A DNA stretch of 63,911 nucleotides from a bacterium. Its GTDB lineage: Bacteria > SZUA-182 > DTGQ01. Position 1 is the stretch's first letter. Every line of letters begins with the position of its first letter. The translations under genes were made by a program, and so were the position numbers. The notes under the pieces are model-generated. The model ran no database searches and was not told the origin of the DNA. It saw only the letters and a program-made list of their open reading frames with translations. Below, piece after piece: positions 1 to 11,274 of this stretch. Location: NCBI GenBank assembly GCA_040752695.1, contig JBFMGO010000022.1:1-63911 (forward strand), written 5' to 3'.

Positions 1-1
1 T

Positions 2-271
2 GACAGCGGTTTTTGGCAGGAATCCTCTCTTCAAGCCATCCGTTTTTTTCAGGTCTTTATATCTCCTGCGGATGGTGACCGCTGTCCCATGTATCCTTCA
101 TGCTCACACTATGCTGTGGAGGCCATCCGCACCTATGGACCATGGCGAGGGTTCATTTTAACCTCGGACCGTCTCTTGCGGTGTGGGCGGGAGGACAATT
201 ACCCCCTGGTTCAGATTCAAGGAAGACCTTATTATTACGATCCTTTGGGAGATAACACCTTATGGCCCTGA
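2..271 (+). CDS. yidD: Membrane protein insertion efficiency factor YidD (5' partial, runs off window)
   Basis: Frame is open from nt 2: ...IRFFQVFISPADGDRCPMYPSCSHYAVEAIRTYGPWRGFILTSDRLLRC, the YidD C-x3-P-S/T-C-S-x-Y...R-x-x-R-C pattern. Confidence 0.85.
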   Translation, partial: DSGFWQESSLQAIRFFQVFISPADGDRCPMYPSCSHYAVEAIRTYGPWRGFILTSDRLLRCGREDNYPLVQIQGRPYYYDPLGDNTLWP

Positions 272-273
272 GC

Positions 274-807
274 ATGAATGCTGCCAATAAATTGACGCTC
301 TTCAGGATTCTCTTGATTCCCTTTTTCGTGATCCTGCTCATCTATGATTATATCGCCGGCGCTCTTTTCATTTTCGGCCTGGCCAGTGCGTCTGATGCCA
401 TGGATGGATTCATTGCCCGCACCTGGAATCAAAAGACCCGGCTCGGCTCTTTCTTGGACCCCATGGCTGACAAGGCCCTTTTGAGCGCTTCTTTCGTTAC
501 CCTGGCTATTTTGCATTTTGTGCCATGCTGGCTGGCCGTCATTACCATTTCCCGAGACCTCATTATTGTTCTCGGCGCACTAATTGTATATATTTTGACA
601 GGAAACGTAAATTTTTCCCCAACCTTATTGGGAAAGACAACGACTGCGGTTCAAATTTTGACCATTCTGACCGTCCTTTTGAGCCATCAATTTCAGAAGA
701 TACGCCTGTGCATGCCCCTTTTTATCTGGCTGACGTGCATCTGTACTGCTGCTTCTGGTTTTCAGTATCTTTATATCGGTATGGAAATGTTTAATGAAAC
801 ATCATAG
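274..807 (+). CDS. pgsA: CDP-alcohol phosphatidyltransferase (PgsA-like)
   Basis: N-x-LT-x-x-R start; SDAMDGFIAR-x5-TRLGSFLDPMADK motif; hydrophobic. ATG at 274 preferred over 262. Confidence 0.85.
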   Translation: MNAANKLTLFRILLIPFFVILLIYDYIAGALFIFGLASASDAMDGFIARTWNQKTRLGSFLDPMADKALLSASFVTLAILHFVPCWLAVITISRDLIIVLGALIVYILTGNVNFSPTLLGKTTTAVQILTILTVLLSHQFQKIRLCMPLFIWLTCICTAASGFQYLYIGMEMFNETS

Positions 808-2404
808 CCTTTCGGTTCAGCAAATCTACCTGGCCCTGCTTTCGGGTGTACTGTTCATGGCAGCCTTCCCTAAATTCGGCCTATCGGTGTTAGCCTGGGC
901 CGGGATGATTCCCTTGTTTTTTGCCTTGAGGAATGCGCCGCCGCGATCCTCCTTTTTCCTCGGGTGGATATGCGGCCTTTTCTATTTTGGAGGGACACTG
1001 TACTGGATTGTCCAGACGATGTCCGTCTACGGTCATGTTGCCCTGTGGCAAAGCCTGCTCATTTCCATGGCGCTCATAAGCTATCTATCAAGCTACATCG
1101 GAGCCTTCGCTTTTTTGTTGAACTGGCTTCGCCGGATTTTTCCCGCTGCGGTCACTCTCTTGAGCGCTCCTTTCATCTGGACGTCTCTGGAACTTATCCG
1201 TTCCCATTTTCTGACCGGATTTCCCTGGTCTACCCTGGGCTATACCCAGTATGCCCAGGTGCGGCTTATTCAGTTTTCTGACATAACCGGGGTCTATGGT
1301 GTATCATTTCTTATCATTCTGGTCAATTCATGCCTGGCTGTCCTTTTAGAACATGTCCTGGCCGGGAAAGAGAAAAAGACCGCGGGCACGGGGAGAGAGA
1401 CAGGGAGGAAGATGATCAAGATTTCTTCCACCATCTGCGTCACCCTGATTCTCATTGCCGCAGTGAGCCTGGTTGAGGGGTATGGGGGATATAAATTGTA
1501 TTCCCGCAAGCTCCAGCCGGCACAGACTTTGAATGTTGGCATTGTCCAGGGCAATATCCCTCAAGAGGCAAAGTGGAACGACCATATGCAGGATGAGGTC
1601 TATGGTTATTACCAGTCTTTGACTCTTCAGATTGCTCAAATGGCGCCGGATCTCATTATCTGGCCCGAAACCTCTGCACCTTTCATCAACGAGCAGCGGG
1701 GAAATTATCTGGACCGCATTTCACCCTTAGCTCAACAGGCCAAAGTGCCTCTTTTGGTTGGGAGCCCCCGGCTAGAGCGGGGGGAGAGAGGGAAGATAAC
1801 CCTGAAAAACAGTGCTTTTTTTCTTTCACCTCAGGGGGAAATCTGGGATTATTATGATAAGATACATTTAGTCCCGTTCGGGGAATATCTTCCTCTGGGA
1901 TGGATTCTTTCCCACCTGGGATCTGTCGTCAATGAGGTTGGGGAATTCAGCGCAGGGGAGCGGTACACGATTTTCCATCTTGACCGCTGGCGGTTCGGAC
2001 TGGTCATTTGCTATGAAATCATCTTTCCTGACCTGTTTCGCAAATTCGCCCGGCAGGGAGTGGATTTTATGGTGAATATTACCAATGATGCCTGGTTCGA
2101 TCGAAGTTCCGCTCCATACCAGCACTTTTCGATGGCTGTTTTCCGGGCTATCGAAAATGGCGTAAGCGTAGTGCGGGTTGCTAATACCGGCATCTCCGGC
2201 ATTATCGACCCTTTCGGCGAAATTTCTGTCGAAACACCGCTTTCTTCCCGGCTGGCCCTGGTCAGGCCTCTTGAGCTCAACAGAGGAGACACCTTTTACG
2301 TTCGACACGGAGATCTTTTCGCTCAACTGTGCCTTTTTGTCCTGGGTTTTTGGCTGATTCTGGGGTATTACAAGACTTACCAAACAAAAAAACTGGAGGG
2401 ATAA
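794..2404 (+). CDS. lnt: Apolipoprotein N-acyltransferase
   Basis: Multi-TM N-terminus with TGFPW; nitrilase-fold motifs VQGNI, WPETS, YDKIHLVPFGEY, ICYEIIFP, TNDAWF, RVANTGIS. Confidence 0.97.
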   Translation: MKHHSLSVQQIYLALLSGVLFMAAFPKFGLSVLAWAGMIPLFFALRNAPPRSSFFLGWICGLFYFGGTLYWIVQTMSVYGHVALWQSLLISMALISYLSSYIGAFAFLLNWLRRIFPAAVTLLSAPFIWTSLELIRSHFLTGFPWSTLGYTQYAQVRLIQFSDITGVYGVSFLIILVNSCLAVLLEHVLAGKEKKTAGTGRETGRKMIKISSTICVTLILIAAVSLVEGYGGYKLYSRKLQPAQTLNVGIVQGNIPQEAKWNDHMQDEVYGYYQSLTLQIAQMAPDLIIWPETSAPFINEQRGNYLDRISPLAQQAKVPLLVGSPRLERGERGKITLKNSAFFLSPQGEIWDYYDKIHLVPFGEYLPLGWILSHLGSVVNEVGEFSAGERYTIFHLDRWRFGLVICYEIIFPDLFRKFARQGVDFMVNITNDAWFDRSSAPYQHFSMAVFRAIENGVSVVRVANTGISGIIDPFGEISVETPLSSRLALVRPLELNRGDTFYVRHGDLFAQLCLFVLGFWLILGYYKTYQTKKLEG

Positions 2405-2411
2405 ATCCGTT

Positions 2412-3504
2412 ATGTACTACGAGGAATATGATTCCGAGTACCAAAAATTGAAAGTCAAGATCGAAAACCTTCGAGGTTACCTTTGACATCGAAGGTAAAC
2501 AAAAACGGCTGACGGATCTGGACCAGAAGATGGGGGCCCCCGATTTCTGGTCAAATAACGAGGCAGCCCAGACCGTGATTCAGGAGCGGTCGGCCCTCAT
2601 GGAGTGGGTTGAAAAAATCACCCTGCTTGAAAAAGAACTGGAAGAACTGGAAGTGGCCATTGAGCTGGGTCAGGAAACAGACGATGCCGCTATGGCCGAG
2701 GAAATAAAAGATCTTCTGAAATCGGCTCAAGAGGGAGTGAACGAACTGGAAATCGAGGCGCTTCTGAGTGATGAAGACGATCACCGCAATGCCATTATAT
2801 CCATCCACTCCGGTGCAGGGGGAACCGAATCCCAGGACTGGGCAGGAATGCTTTTGCGGATGTATCTGCGCTGGATCGAGAAGCGGAAGTTCAAGGTTCA
2901 GCAGGTCGATTTACTGCCCGGCAGCGAGGCAGGAATCAAGAGCGTCACCCTTATCGTCTCCGGCCAGTATGCCTACGGGCTCTTGCGGGGAGAATCCGGA
3001 GTCCACCGCCTGGTTCGGATCTCACCCTTCGACGCCAATCGCAGAAGGCATACTTCCTTTGCCTCGGTTGCCGTGTATCCTGAGGTGGATGAGAACATCG
3101 AAGTGGAAATCGAGGAGTCGGACCTCAGGATCGATACCTTTCGATCCAGCGGCGCCGGCGGGCAGCATGTAAATGTCACCGATTCGGCGGTGCGGATTAC
3201 CCATATCCCTACCGGAATCGTCGTCCAGTGTCAAAACGAGCGGTCCCAGCACCAGAACCGCGCAGTGGCCATGAACATTTTGCGGGCCCGGTTATATGAG
3301 CTGGAAAAGGAAGAACAGCAAAAAAAACGTGATGCCCTGGAAGAGGGAAAACGGGAGATCGCCTGGGGGAGCCAGATTCGCTCCTATATTTTTCAACCTT
3401 ATCAACTCGTGAAAGATCACCGCACCAGCCTGGAGATTGGCAATATTGAGGCGGTCATGAATGGAGAGATTGATCCCTTCATTCAAGCGTATCTGAGACT
3501 TTAA
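2412..3504 (+). CDS. prfB: Peptide chain release factor 2 with programmed +1 frameshift
   Basis: SD GGAGGG 2395-2400; ATG 2412 gives 24 codons ending CTT-TGA-C (2481-2487); the +1 frame continues into the 2530 ORF with SPF and GGQ motifs. Confidence 0.97.
2473..2487 (+). promoter_or_regulatory. prfB +1 ribosomal frameshift signal
   Basis: GAGGT-TAC-CTT-TGA-C: internal SD-like sequence 3 nt before the CTTTGAC slippery stop. Confidence 0.95.
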
Positions 3505-3532
3505 AGGCGAAAAGGAAAAGGCTTACCTGACT

Positions 3533-4804
3533 ATGAATATGCCTTATGAGCTCTTAATCGGGCTGCGGTACCTGCGGGCAAAACGAAAGCAAACGGTGAT
3601 CTCGGTCATCAGCATTATCTCGATCTGCGGGGTGGCGCTCGGCGTTATGGCCTTAATCATTGTCCTGGCGGTCATGAGCGGTTTTGAAATGGATTTAAGG
3701 GACAAGATTCTCGGCACCAATTCCCATATCGTGGTGCTTGAGTATAATGGCCAGGGGATTGAGAACGGGGCAGAATTGATGTCAAAAATTCTGAAGATTA
3801 AAGGGGTTACCTCCTGCGCTCCCTTTATCTACGGGCAGGTTATGCTCTCCTCCAGCCAGAGTGCTTCCGGGCTGGTCCTGCGGGGGATCGATCCAAAGGA
3901 GGAGACACATGTCACGGATCTTGCCCGAAACATCGTGGCCGGGGACCTCCATGAGCTCGTTGCTCCTCAATCTCAGGGGCAGGGCCGGGACGAGGACACT
4001 CCCACGCCGCAGATGGCAGGAGTCGCGCTTGGCCAGGAGTTGGCCAGAAACCTGGGCGTTTTCGTTGGAGATGTCATTACTGCCATATCGCCGGTAGAGC
4101 GTATCTCTCCTATGGGACTCACCCCCAAGTTTTTGCGCTTCAAAGTGGTGGCGATCTTTAATTCGGGGATGTATGAATATGACACCAGTCTGGCCTATGT
4201 CTCCTTGAGGACAGCTCAGCGCCTTTTTAATATGAAGAACACGGTTACCGGCATTGAAGTCAAGGTTGCCAATATCTTTCAGGCCCAGGATATATCAAGG
4301 GATATCCAGAAAGCTCTGGGGTTTCCGTACTGGACACGGGACTGGATGGAGATGAACAAAAATCTGTTCTCTGCTCTTAAACTGGAAAAATTTGCCATGT
4401 TCATTATTCTGGTCTTGATCATCCTGGTAGCTGCTTTCAATATTATCAGCACCCTGGTCATGATGGTTATGGAAAAGAACAAGGATATCGCCATACTCAA
4501 GTCCATGGGTGCTACGGCCCGCAGCATCCTTTTCATTTTTATTGCGGAAGGGTTGATTATCGGCCTTTTAGGAACACTGATCGGCTGCCTGGGGGGAACC
4601 TTTGCCTGCTGGATTGCGGATACTTATCATCTCATTAAGCTTCAGGGGGATGTATACTATATCAGTTATCTGCCGTTCAAAATGAAATTTCTGGATGTCT
4701 TCGCCGTCTGCTTTTCCTCAATCCTGATCAGCTTTCTGGCTACCATGTATCCGGCCTGGCAGGCTTCAAAGCTTGATCCGGTCGTATCCTTGAGGTATGA
4801 ATGA
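3533..4804 (+). CDS. lolE: Lipoprotein-releasing ABC transporter permease LolC/E
   Basis: YELLIGLRYLRAKRK, VLAVMSGF, AAFNIISTLVMMVMEK-x2-DIAILKSMGA, YPAWQASKLDPV-x-LRYE. Confidence 0.93.
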   Translation: MNMPYELLIGLRYLRAKRKQTVISVISIISICGVALGVMALIIVLAVMSGFEMDLRDKILGTNSHIVVLEYNGQGIENGAELMSKILKIKGVTSCAPFIYGQVMLSSSQSASGLVLRGIDPKEETHVTDLARNIVAGDLHELVAPQSQGQGRDEDTPTPQMAGVALGQELARNLGVFVGDVITAISPVERISPMGLTPKFLRFKVVAIFNSGMYEYDTSLAYVSLRTAQRLFNMKNTVTGIEVKVANIFQAQDISRDIQKALGFPYWTRDWMEMNKNLFSALKLEKFAMFIILVLIILVAAFNIISTLVMMVMEKNKDIAILKSMGATARSILFIFIAEGLIIGLLGTLIGCLGGTFACWIADTYHLIKLQGDVYYISYLPFKMKFLDVFAVCFSSILISFLATMYPAWQASKLDPVVSLRYE

Positions 4805-5475
4805 CTTCCATCCAGGTTCGGGGTATTTATAAATCTTTTCTTAACGGCAGAGGCGAGTTGCGGGTTCTGGAGGATATCAGCCTCGATATCGAGGGAGGAA
4901 AGGTTTACAGCATTGTCGGCGCTTCCGGAGCAGGGAAAAGTACTTTTTTACATATTTTAGGCGCGCTTGACCGGCCATCCCGTGGAGAATTATGGTATAA
5001 TGATAAGAATCTCTTTACCTTAAACGATCGTGAACTGGCCCAGTTCCGGAACCGGAAGGTCGGATTCGTTTTTCAATTCCATCATCTGCTTCCGGAATTC
5101 ACTGCACAGGAAAACGTTATGATGCCGATACTAATTAGCAGGCAAGATCGCAAAGCAGCCGAGGAGAGGGCTTACCAGTTAATGGTGGAGGTCGGATTGC
5201 AGGGACGGGAATATCATAAACCAGGAGAACTCTCCGGGGGAGAGCAACAGCGGGTCGCCATCGCTCGAGCTCTTTCCAATCACCCTGAGCTGCTCCTGGC
5301 CGATGAACCAACGGGAAACCTGGACTCAAAAACAAGCGAGATGATTTACGCCCTGCTTCAGCAAATCAATCAGGAACGTAATATTACGATAGTCATGGTG
5401 ACACATAATGAATCGTTAGGAAGTAAGGCAAATTACCGTCTCCATTTAACAGACGGAAAGTTGCAGTTTATCTAA
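4801..5475 (+). CDS. lolD: Lipoprotein-releasing ABC transporter ATPase
   Basis: GASGAGKST, LolD motif GFVFQFHHLL, LSGGEQQR, DEPTGNLD. Confidence 0.95.
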   Translation: MTSIQVRGIYKSFLNGRGELRVLEDISLDIEGGKVYSIVGASGAGKSTFLHILGALDRPSRGELWYNDKNLFTLNDRELAQFRNRKVGFVFQFHHLLPEFTAQENVMMPILISRQDRKAAEERAYQLMVEVGLQGREYHKPGELSGGEQQRVAIARALSNHPELLLADEPTGNLDSKTSEMIYALLQQINQERNITIVMVTHNESLGSKANYRLHLTDGKLQFI

Positions 5476-5663
5476 TTGGCTTTTTCATTGAAAATGCATG
5501 TGTCACAGGAAGATTTAATTGAAATCAAACTGCTTTTGTCGTAGAATATAAATCAAAGAGGTCTGGCAGATGAAAGAGGTCAGATTCCTTGAGCGAGGGA
5601 GTAAGAGAAGTATATTCCCTGTGGGCATTATGAAACTACTGAAAGAATTGGCAGGTTTGTAAA

Positions 5664-8102
5664 ATGTTTGAACGGTTTACTGAAAGAGCAAGAAGGACTA
5701 TTGTCCTGGCTCGAGAGGAAGCGATTAGGTTAGGGAATCCATATCTGGGAACAGAGCACGTCCTTTTGGGTTTAATCAAAAAGGACGATAATACGGCGGT
5801 AAAGATCCTGAGGGAAAGCAATATCGAGTTGGATGAAATCCGGTTCGAGGTTGAGCGGAGAATCTCAAAACAGGTAGCGAAACCCGAAATAGGAGAGATC
5901 CCCTTCACTGCCCGATCCAAAAAGGTACTGGAGCTGGCCATCGATGAAGCAAAGCTCATGGGCCATAACTATATTGGAACCGGGCATCTGCTGTTGGGTT
6001 TGATGCGGGAAGGGGAAGGGATCGGCGCCGGAGTGCTGGAAGATTTAAGGCTCGAACTCTCGGAAGTACGGAAAAAGGTGATGGAATATGCCAATGCCTC
6101 CAAGTACGATCTTAAGGAAACGCCCAAAACCGAAACCCTCGACGAATTCGGCCGGGATATTACCAAATTGGCCAGGGGCGGAAAGCTGGATCCGGTTATC
6201 GGCAGAGATGACGAAATCGAGCGGGTTATTCAGATCCTGAGCCGGAGGACCAAAAACAATCCAGCTCTGATCGGAGAGCCGGGAGTAGGCAAGACGGCGA
6301 TTGTCGAAGGGCTGGCGCAGCGCATCATCGATAATTCAGTTCCGCAGATTCTTTCCAATAAAAGAATCGTGACCTTAGACCTGGGTCTTCTGGTTGCCGG
6401 AACCAAGTACCGGGGCCAGTTCGAAGAGAGACTCAAGGCCATTATGAAGGAAATTTCCCAGGCGGACAATATTATCCTTTTCATTGATGAGTTGCATACA
6501 CTGGTAGGCGCGGGGGCGGCTGAAGGCTCTATCGATGCTTCCAATATGTTGAAGCCTGCCCTGGCTCGTGGAGAATTGCAATGCATAGGCGCTACCACCC
6601 TTTCGGAATATCGAAAGTATATCGAAAAGGATGGAGCTTTAGAACGAAGATTTCAAACCGTTATGGTGAATCCGCCAACCGTGGAGCAGACCGTGCATAT
6701 TATCCGGGGACTGCAAAACAGGTATGAGGAGCATCACGGTGTTCACTTTAGTGAAGAGGCTATTATCGATGCAGCGAAACTGTCCGATCGGTATATCACG
6801 GATCGGTTTCTGCCGGATAAGGCCATTGACGTAATCGATGAGGCGGGCTCCCGTGCACGGGTAAACAGTACCGCCTTGCCCGCAGAACTGAAGGAAATCA
6901 AAGCCAAGATCGAAGAGACCAAACGGGAAAAAGAAATGGCTATCCGTGTTCAGGACTTCGAGAAGGCTGCCTCTTTGCGGGATATGGAAAGGAAGATGCG
7001 GCTTAAGTTCGAAACCTTAAGCAAAAAGTGGTTTGAAAAGCAAAAGAAAGCCACCCTGGTCGTAACAGGAGAAGATGTGGCTTATGTCGTGTCCAAATGG
7101 ACCGGTATCCCGCTTTTCAAACTGGAAGAGAAGGAATCGACCAGGCTTTTACATCTGGAAGATGAACTGCACCGAAAAATCATCGGGCAGGATGAAGCCA
7201 TCCGGGCCGTGGCCAGAGCTATCAAACGGTCAAGGACAGGGGTAAAAAGCGTGACGAGGCCGATAGGCTCCTTTATATTCCTGGGGCCGACAGGCGTCGG
7301 GAAAACCGAACTTGCCAAGAGGCTGGCTGAATTGCTCTTCGGCAAGGAAGACGCTATGGTAAGAATAGACATGTCCGAGTACAGCGAAAAGTTTTCGGTC
7401 TCCCGCCTGGTCGGCGCACCTCCGGGATACGTAGGCTACGAAGAAGGCGGACAACTGACCGAAAGGGTGAGGAGAAAACCCTATTCGGTAGTCCTGATCG
7501 ACGAGATCGAAAAAGCCAACCCGGAAATATTCAATATCCTCCTGCAGGTCCTGGACGAAGGTCAACTGACCGACAGCCACGGCAGACATGTGGATTTTAA
7601 GAATACGGTCCTCATCATGACCTCCAATATCGCGGCGAGAACCATCGAGCAAAAAACAACCGTCGGATTTCAAAAGGGGGCAGATGAAGTGCTGTCATAT
7701 AACCGGATGAAGGATACCATCATGGAGGCCCTGAAGAAGACCTTCAACCCGGAATTTTTAAACCGGATTGATGAGCTCATCGTCTTCCATACCCTGAATC
7801 AGGATCATATCCGGAAGATCATGGGGCTGGCCATTCAAGAGCTGAATCATAGACTGGAAAGCAAGAGGCTTTTTCTGGAATTGAAGCCGGAAGCCGAAGA
7901 GTGGCTTTTAAAGAAAGGGTTTCAGCCTGACTACGGCGCACGGCCAATCAAGCGGATTATCCAGCGCTATATCGAAGATCCTCTATCGGAAGAGCTCCTT
8001 AAGGGAAATCTGAAAGAAGGAGATTTCCTGCAGATCGGGATTGAAAACGGAGATATTACCTTTGCCAAGAAATGCCTCCGTAAAGAACTGGTGCTTCTCT
8101 AG
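5664..8102 (+). CDS. clpC: ATP-dependent Clp protease ATP-binding subunit ClpC
   Basis: [11 protein letters not shown]lp-N repeats; two AAA modules ([16 protein letters not shown]); UVR coiled coil ([11 protein letters not shown]); VGF ClpP-docking loop. Confidence 0.95.
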   Translation: MFERFTERARRTIVLAREEAIRLGNPYLGTEHVLLGLIKKDDNTAVKILRESNIELDEIRFEVERRISKQVAKPEIGEIPFTARSKKVLELAIDEAKLMGHNYIGTGHLLLGLMREGEGIGAGVLEDLRLELSEVRKKVMEYANASKYDLKETPKTETLDEFGRDITKLARGGKLDPVIGRDDEIERVIQILSRRTKNNPALIGEPGVGKTAIVEGLAQRIIDNSVPQILSNKRIVTLDLGLLVAGTKYRGQFEERLKAIMKEISQADNIILFIDELHTLVGAGAAEGSIDASNMLKPALARGELQCIGATTLSEYRKYIEKDGALERRFQTVMVNPPTVEQTVHIIRGLQNRYEEHHGVHFSEEAIIDAAKLSDRYITDRFLPDKAIDVIDEAGSRARVNSTALPAELKEIKAKIEETKREKEMAIRVQDFEKAASLRDMERKMRLKFETLSKKWFEKQKKATLVVTGEDVAYVVSKWTGIPLFKLEEKESTRLLHLEDELHRKIIGQDEAIRAVARAIKRSRTGVKSVTRPIGSFIFLGPTGVGKTELAKRLAELLFGKEDAMVRIDMSEYSEKFSVSRLVGAPPGYVGYEEGGQLTERVRRKPYSVVLIDEIEKANPEIFNILLQVLDEGQLTDSHGRHVDFKNTVLIMTSNIAARTIEQKTTVGFQKGADEVLSYNRMKDTIMEALKKTFNPEFLNRIDELIVFHTLNQDHIRKIMGLAIQELNHRLESKRLFLELKPEAEEWLLKKGFQPDYGARPIKRIIQRYIEDPLSEELLKGNLKEGDFLQIGIENGDITFAKKCLRKELVLL

Positions 8103-8112
8103 GTCATATTCC

Positions 8113-8147
8113 TCACCCTCTTCCTTATTGAAGAAGGAAGAGGGTGA
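8113..8147. repeat. Perfect 14-bp hairpin after clpC (terminator/stabiliser-like, no U-tract)
   Basis: TCACCCTCTTCCTT-attgaag-AAGGAAGAGGGTGA. Confidence 0.6.
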
Positions 8148-8264
8148 AGATTCTCAATAAACAAATAAAAAGAACAACACGCCACATACAGGGGGGAAAT
8201 GTCTACAACAGCCACTTTAGGATTATCATTTCGAGCCGCTCCCGAGGAATCTGGTAAGTAGAGC

Positions 8265-10550
8265 ATGCGAGTTCGGAACAGCGCTGTCTACTATGTTGGA
8301 TTATGTATACTGACGATTCTCATATCGGCTTCCTTTTGCCTGGGAAATGGATGGGACAATATCCCGGTGAAAGAGATTGCCGTTGAGGGCAACCGGAAGA
8401 TCGAACGGCAGGCTATTGTGCATAAGATCCAAACGAAAATAGGAGAGACATTCGACCCCCGGAAAATCGATGAAGATATCAAAGCCATTTATGATATCGG
8501 ATACTTCGAGAATATCAAGGTAGATGTCAAAGAAATCGACGGCGGGGTGACGGTAACCTATATCGTCAGTGAGAGACCTCTCATCAAAAAGATCTCTTTC
8601 CGGGGAAACAAGAAGATCAAGACAGAGACCCTAAAGGAAAAAACCGATATTACACCCGGAAGCATTTATAACCCCTATCTGGTCAAAAAAAATATCCAGA
8701 GCTTAATGCAATATTATAAAGACGAGGGATACTACCTTGTCCAGATCAGTTCGGCACAGGAGGCGGTTTCCGAAGAGCAGACCGAACTCGTCTTCGATAT
8801 CGAGGAAGGCAAAAAGGTCAAGATCCGGGAAGTGAATATCGAGGGCAATGATTATTTTCCGGACAACCAGATCAAAAAACTCCTGAAGACCAGGGAGCAC
8901 GGTCTTTTTTCATTCGTTACCTCGTCAGGATACCTTAAGAAAGAAACCCTGACTCAAGACGTACAACAAATCGAAGACCTCTACTATAATCAGGGCTTTA
9001 TTCAGGCATCCGTTCAAGAGCCAAATATTGTCTTCGATCCTGAGAAAAAGGGACTGATCGTCAATTTCCCCATATCCGAGGGTGATCAGTACCGGATTGG
9101 AAAGATTACCGTCAAGGGGAACAGCGTTATTCCGGCATCCGAGATCCAGGAGCAGGTTCAGATCAAGGAAGATGAGGTTTTCAACCGGGCACAATTGCGT
9201 CTTGACATCTCTGCCATCCAGGATCTGTACGCCAATCAGGGGTACCTGTTTGCCCACATCTCCCCTTTGACTCATGAAATACCCGAAGAAAAAAAAATCG
9301 ATGTCACTCTCGATATCGAGGAGAATGGACTGACCTACGTAGACAGGATCAAGATTTCGGGCAATGTCAAGACCAGAGACAAGGTCATCCGCAGGGAGAT
9401 CAAAGTTCAGGAGGGAGAAATTTTCCGCAGCCAGAAAGTCCGCCAAAGTTATAATAATATCAATAACCTGGGGTTCTTCGAAGAGGTCAACCTGGACATT
9501 CAGCCAAAGCCGGAAGAGAGCAAGGTGGACCTGTCCGTCAAGGTCAAGGAGCGGATGACCGGGCAGGTGAGCGTAGGCGGAGGCTACAGCTCGGTGGATA
9601 AACTGGTGGCCACGGCCGATATCAAGTTCGGAAACCTGTTCGGTCTGGGGCAGCAGCTCAATCTCTCAGCGGAACTTGCAGAAAAAAGAAGCACTTATGA
9701 TCTTGGTTTTACCGAGCCGTGGCTCTTCGATATCCCTTTGAGCGCCGGTTTCGATCTTTACTATACGGATAAGCAGTACGACGCTTTTACCAAAACTGCC
9801 AGGGGCGGAGACCTACGCCTTGGGTATCCGGTGGCCGAGTACAGCCGTCTTTACGGAACCTATTTATATGAAGCGGTGAATATTAAAATCGATGACCCCT
9901 CCACAGCCCCTTCAATATATATGGATGCCAACGGCCCGTCCACGACCAGCAGTCTGCGTTTGGCACTGGTCCGGGACAGCCGGGATAACCGGATTAAACC
10001 GACCACCGGCTCGCTCAATAAGATTTCCTTTCAGGTGGCCGGAGGCTTTCTGGGGGGGACCAACTACTTCACCAAGACACTGCTCGACAGTGGCTGGCAC
10101 TTTCCGGTCTTTAAACAACTGGTTCTGTCCCTCCACGCGAAAGTGGGTTATGCCCGGGGATTCGAGGGAAGAAGTCTGCCGATATTTGAACGCTTTTATA
10201 TGGGAGGTCTGGACACGGTCCGGGGCTACAGGGAGCGCACAATTGGCCCGGATGAGACGAAAGATGAAAATGGCGATCCCCTTGGAGGAAACAAATCGGT
10301 GGTCACCAATGTGGAATTTCATTTTCCCATCTATGATATCATTCGAGGCGTCCTGTTCTGGGATGCGGGAAACATTTACGCCCAGGGGCAGGAATTTTTC
10401 GATGAGCCTCTCAGGATGGGAGCAGGAGTCGGAGTCCGCTTTTTTACCCCTGTAGGCCCCCTGCGCCTTGATTATGGATGGGTATTGAACTATCGCTCCG
10501 AGGACAGGAGTCGCTCTCAGGTACACTTTGCTATCGGTACCTATTTTTAA
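8265..10550 (+). CDS. bamA: Outer membrane protein assembly factor BamA
   Basis: Signal peptide, POTRA repeats (GN-x-KTRDKVIRRE), VRGY motif, TPVGPLRLDYG, C-terminal Phe. Confidence 0.96.
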   Translation: MRVRNSAVYYVGLCILTILISASFCLGNGWDNIPVKEIAVEGNRKIERQAIVHKIQTKIGETFDPRKIDEDIKAIYDIGYFENIKVDVKEIDGGVTVTYIVSERPLIKKISFRGNKKIKTETLKEKTDITPGSIYNPYLVKKNIQSLMQYYKDEGYYLVQISSAQEAVSEEQTELVFDIEEGKKVKIREVNIEGNDYFPDNQIKKLLKTREHGLFSFVTSSGYLKKETLTQDVQQIEDLYYNQGFIQASVQEPNIVFDPEKKGLIVNFPISEGDQYRIGKITVKGNSVIPASEIQEQVQIKEDEVFNRAQLRLDISAIQDLYANQGYLFAHISPLTHEIPEEKKIDVTLDIEENGLTYVDRIKISGNVKTRDKVIRREIKVQEGEIFRSQKVRQSYNNINNLGFFEEVNLDIQPKPEESKVDLSVKVKERMTGQVSVGGGYSSVDKLVATADIKFGNLFGLGQQLNLSAELAEKRSTYDLGFTEPWLFDIPLSAGFDLYYTDKQYDAFTKTARGGDLRLGYPVAEYSRLYGTYLYEAVNIKIDDPSTAPSIYMDANGPSTTSSLRLALVRDSRDNRIKPTTGSLNKISFQVAGGFLGGTNYFTKTLLDSGWHFPVFKQLVLSLHAKVGYARGFEGRSLPIFERFYMGGLDTVRGYRERTIGPDETKDENGDPLGGNKSVVTNVEFHFPIYDIIRGVLFWDAGNIYAQGQEFFDEPLRMGAGVGVRFFTPVGPLRLDYGWVLNYRSEDRSRSQVHFAIGTYF

Positions 10551-10653
10551 CAAGGAGTCGAAAGAATCAGAATGAAGCTTCAAAATGGCCCTTCATTCTG
10601 AAGTCTGGATTTTATTACCACTTACCTTACTTATTACCAAACAGGAGAAAAAA

Positions 10654-11193
10654 ATGAGACCTAAAATCATTCCCCTTTTTATACTCGCCCTGGTGGCGGC
10701 AATGGTGTCTTTTGGTTCCGCTCAGGCTCTCGCTGAATCCTCAGCAGGTATCGCTTATATAGACAGTCAGCGCGTGGTTGATGAATCTAAAGCCGGCAAG
10801 GCATCTCTCAAGGAATTGGAAGAGTTTAAAAAGAAAAACGAGGCTGAGTTAATTCAAAGGGATAAGGAAATGAAGGAGATGGAAGATGAATTACAGAAGC
10901 AAAAACTTGCTCTTTCTCCTGACGCCCTGAACAAGAAAGAGGATGCTATAAGGCGCAAGGGCATTGAACTCAAGCGGTTTAAAGAGGATAAGGAGCAGGA
11001 GTTGAAGGATCTGTATTTCAAACACCTGAATAAGATCAAAGAAGAGATCATCCAGATTGTCCAGAAGATCGGGCAGGAAAAAGGATATACGATGATTATT
11101 AATAAGGATGACAGTATCATCTATGCCAGTCCGGCTCATGACATCACCAATCTGATCATCGAAGCCTACGACAAGGGCTTCGACAAAAAATAG
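10654..11193 (+). CDS. skp: Periplasmic chaperone Skp/OmpH
   Basis: SD AGGAG before ATG 10654; signal peptide; IAYID, coiled coil, DIT; position between bamA and lpxD. Confidence 0.9.
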   Translation: MRPKIIPLFILALVAAMVSFGSAQALAESSAGIAYIDSQRVVDESKAGKASLKELEEFKKKNEAELIQRDKEMKEMEDELQKQKLALSPDALNKKEDAIRRKGIELKRFKEDKEQELKDLYFKHLNKIKEEIIQIVQKIGQEKGYTMIINKDDSIIYASPAHDITNLIIEAYDKGFDKK

Positions 11194-11274
11194 ACTGCAA
11201 TCTTAAAGAGTGATTCGGCATAAAGAAGTCAGGTGATATATCCTTATACTTCTTGAGGAGGAAGGGCGGTAACA

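Noticed and set aside
5477..5492. Sigma-54 promoter upstream of clpC (TGGC-N7-TTGA)
   Set aside because: The conserved -12 GC is missing; too weak to call.
9892..10583. 187-aa and 223-aa ORFs overlapping bamA
   Set aside because: Alternative-frame or antisense shadows of a conserved gene.
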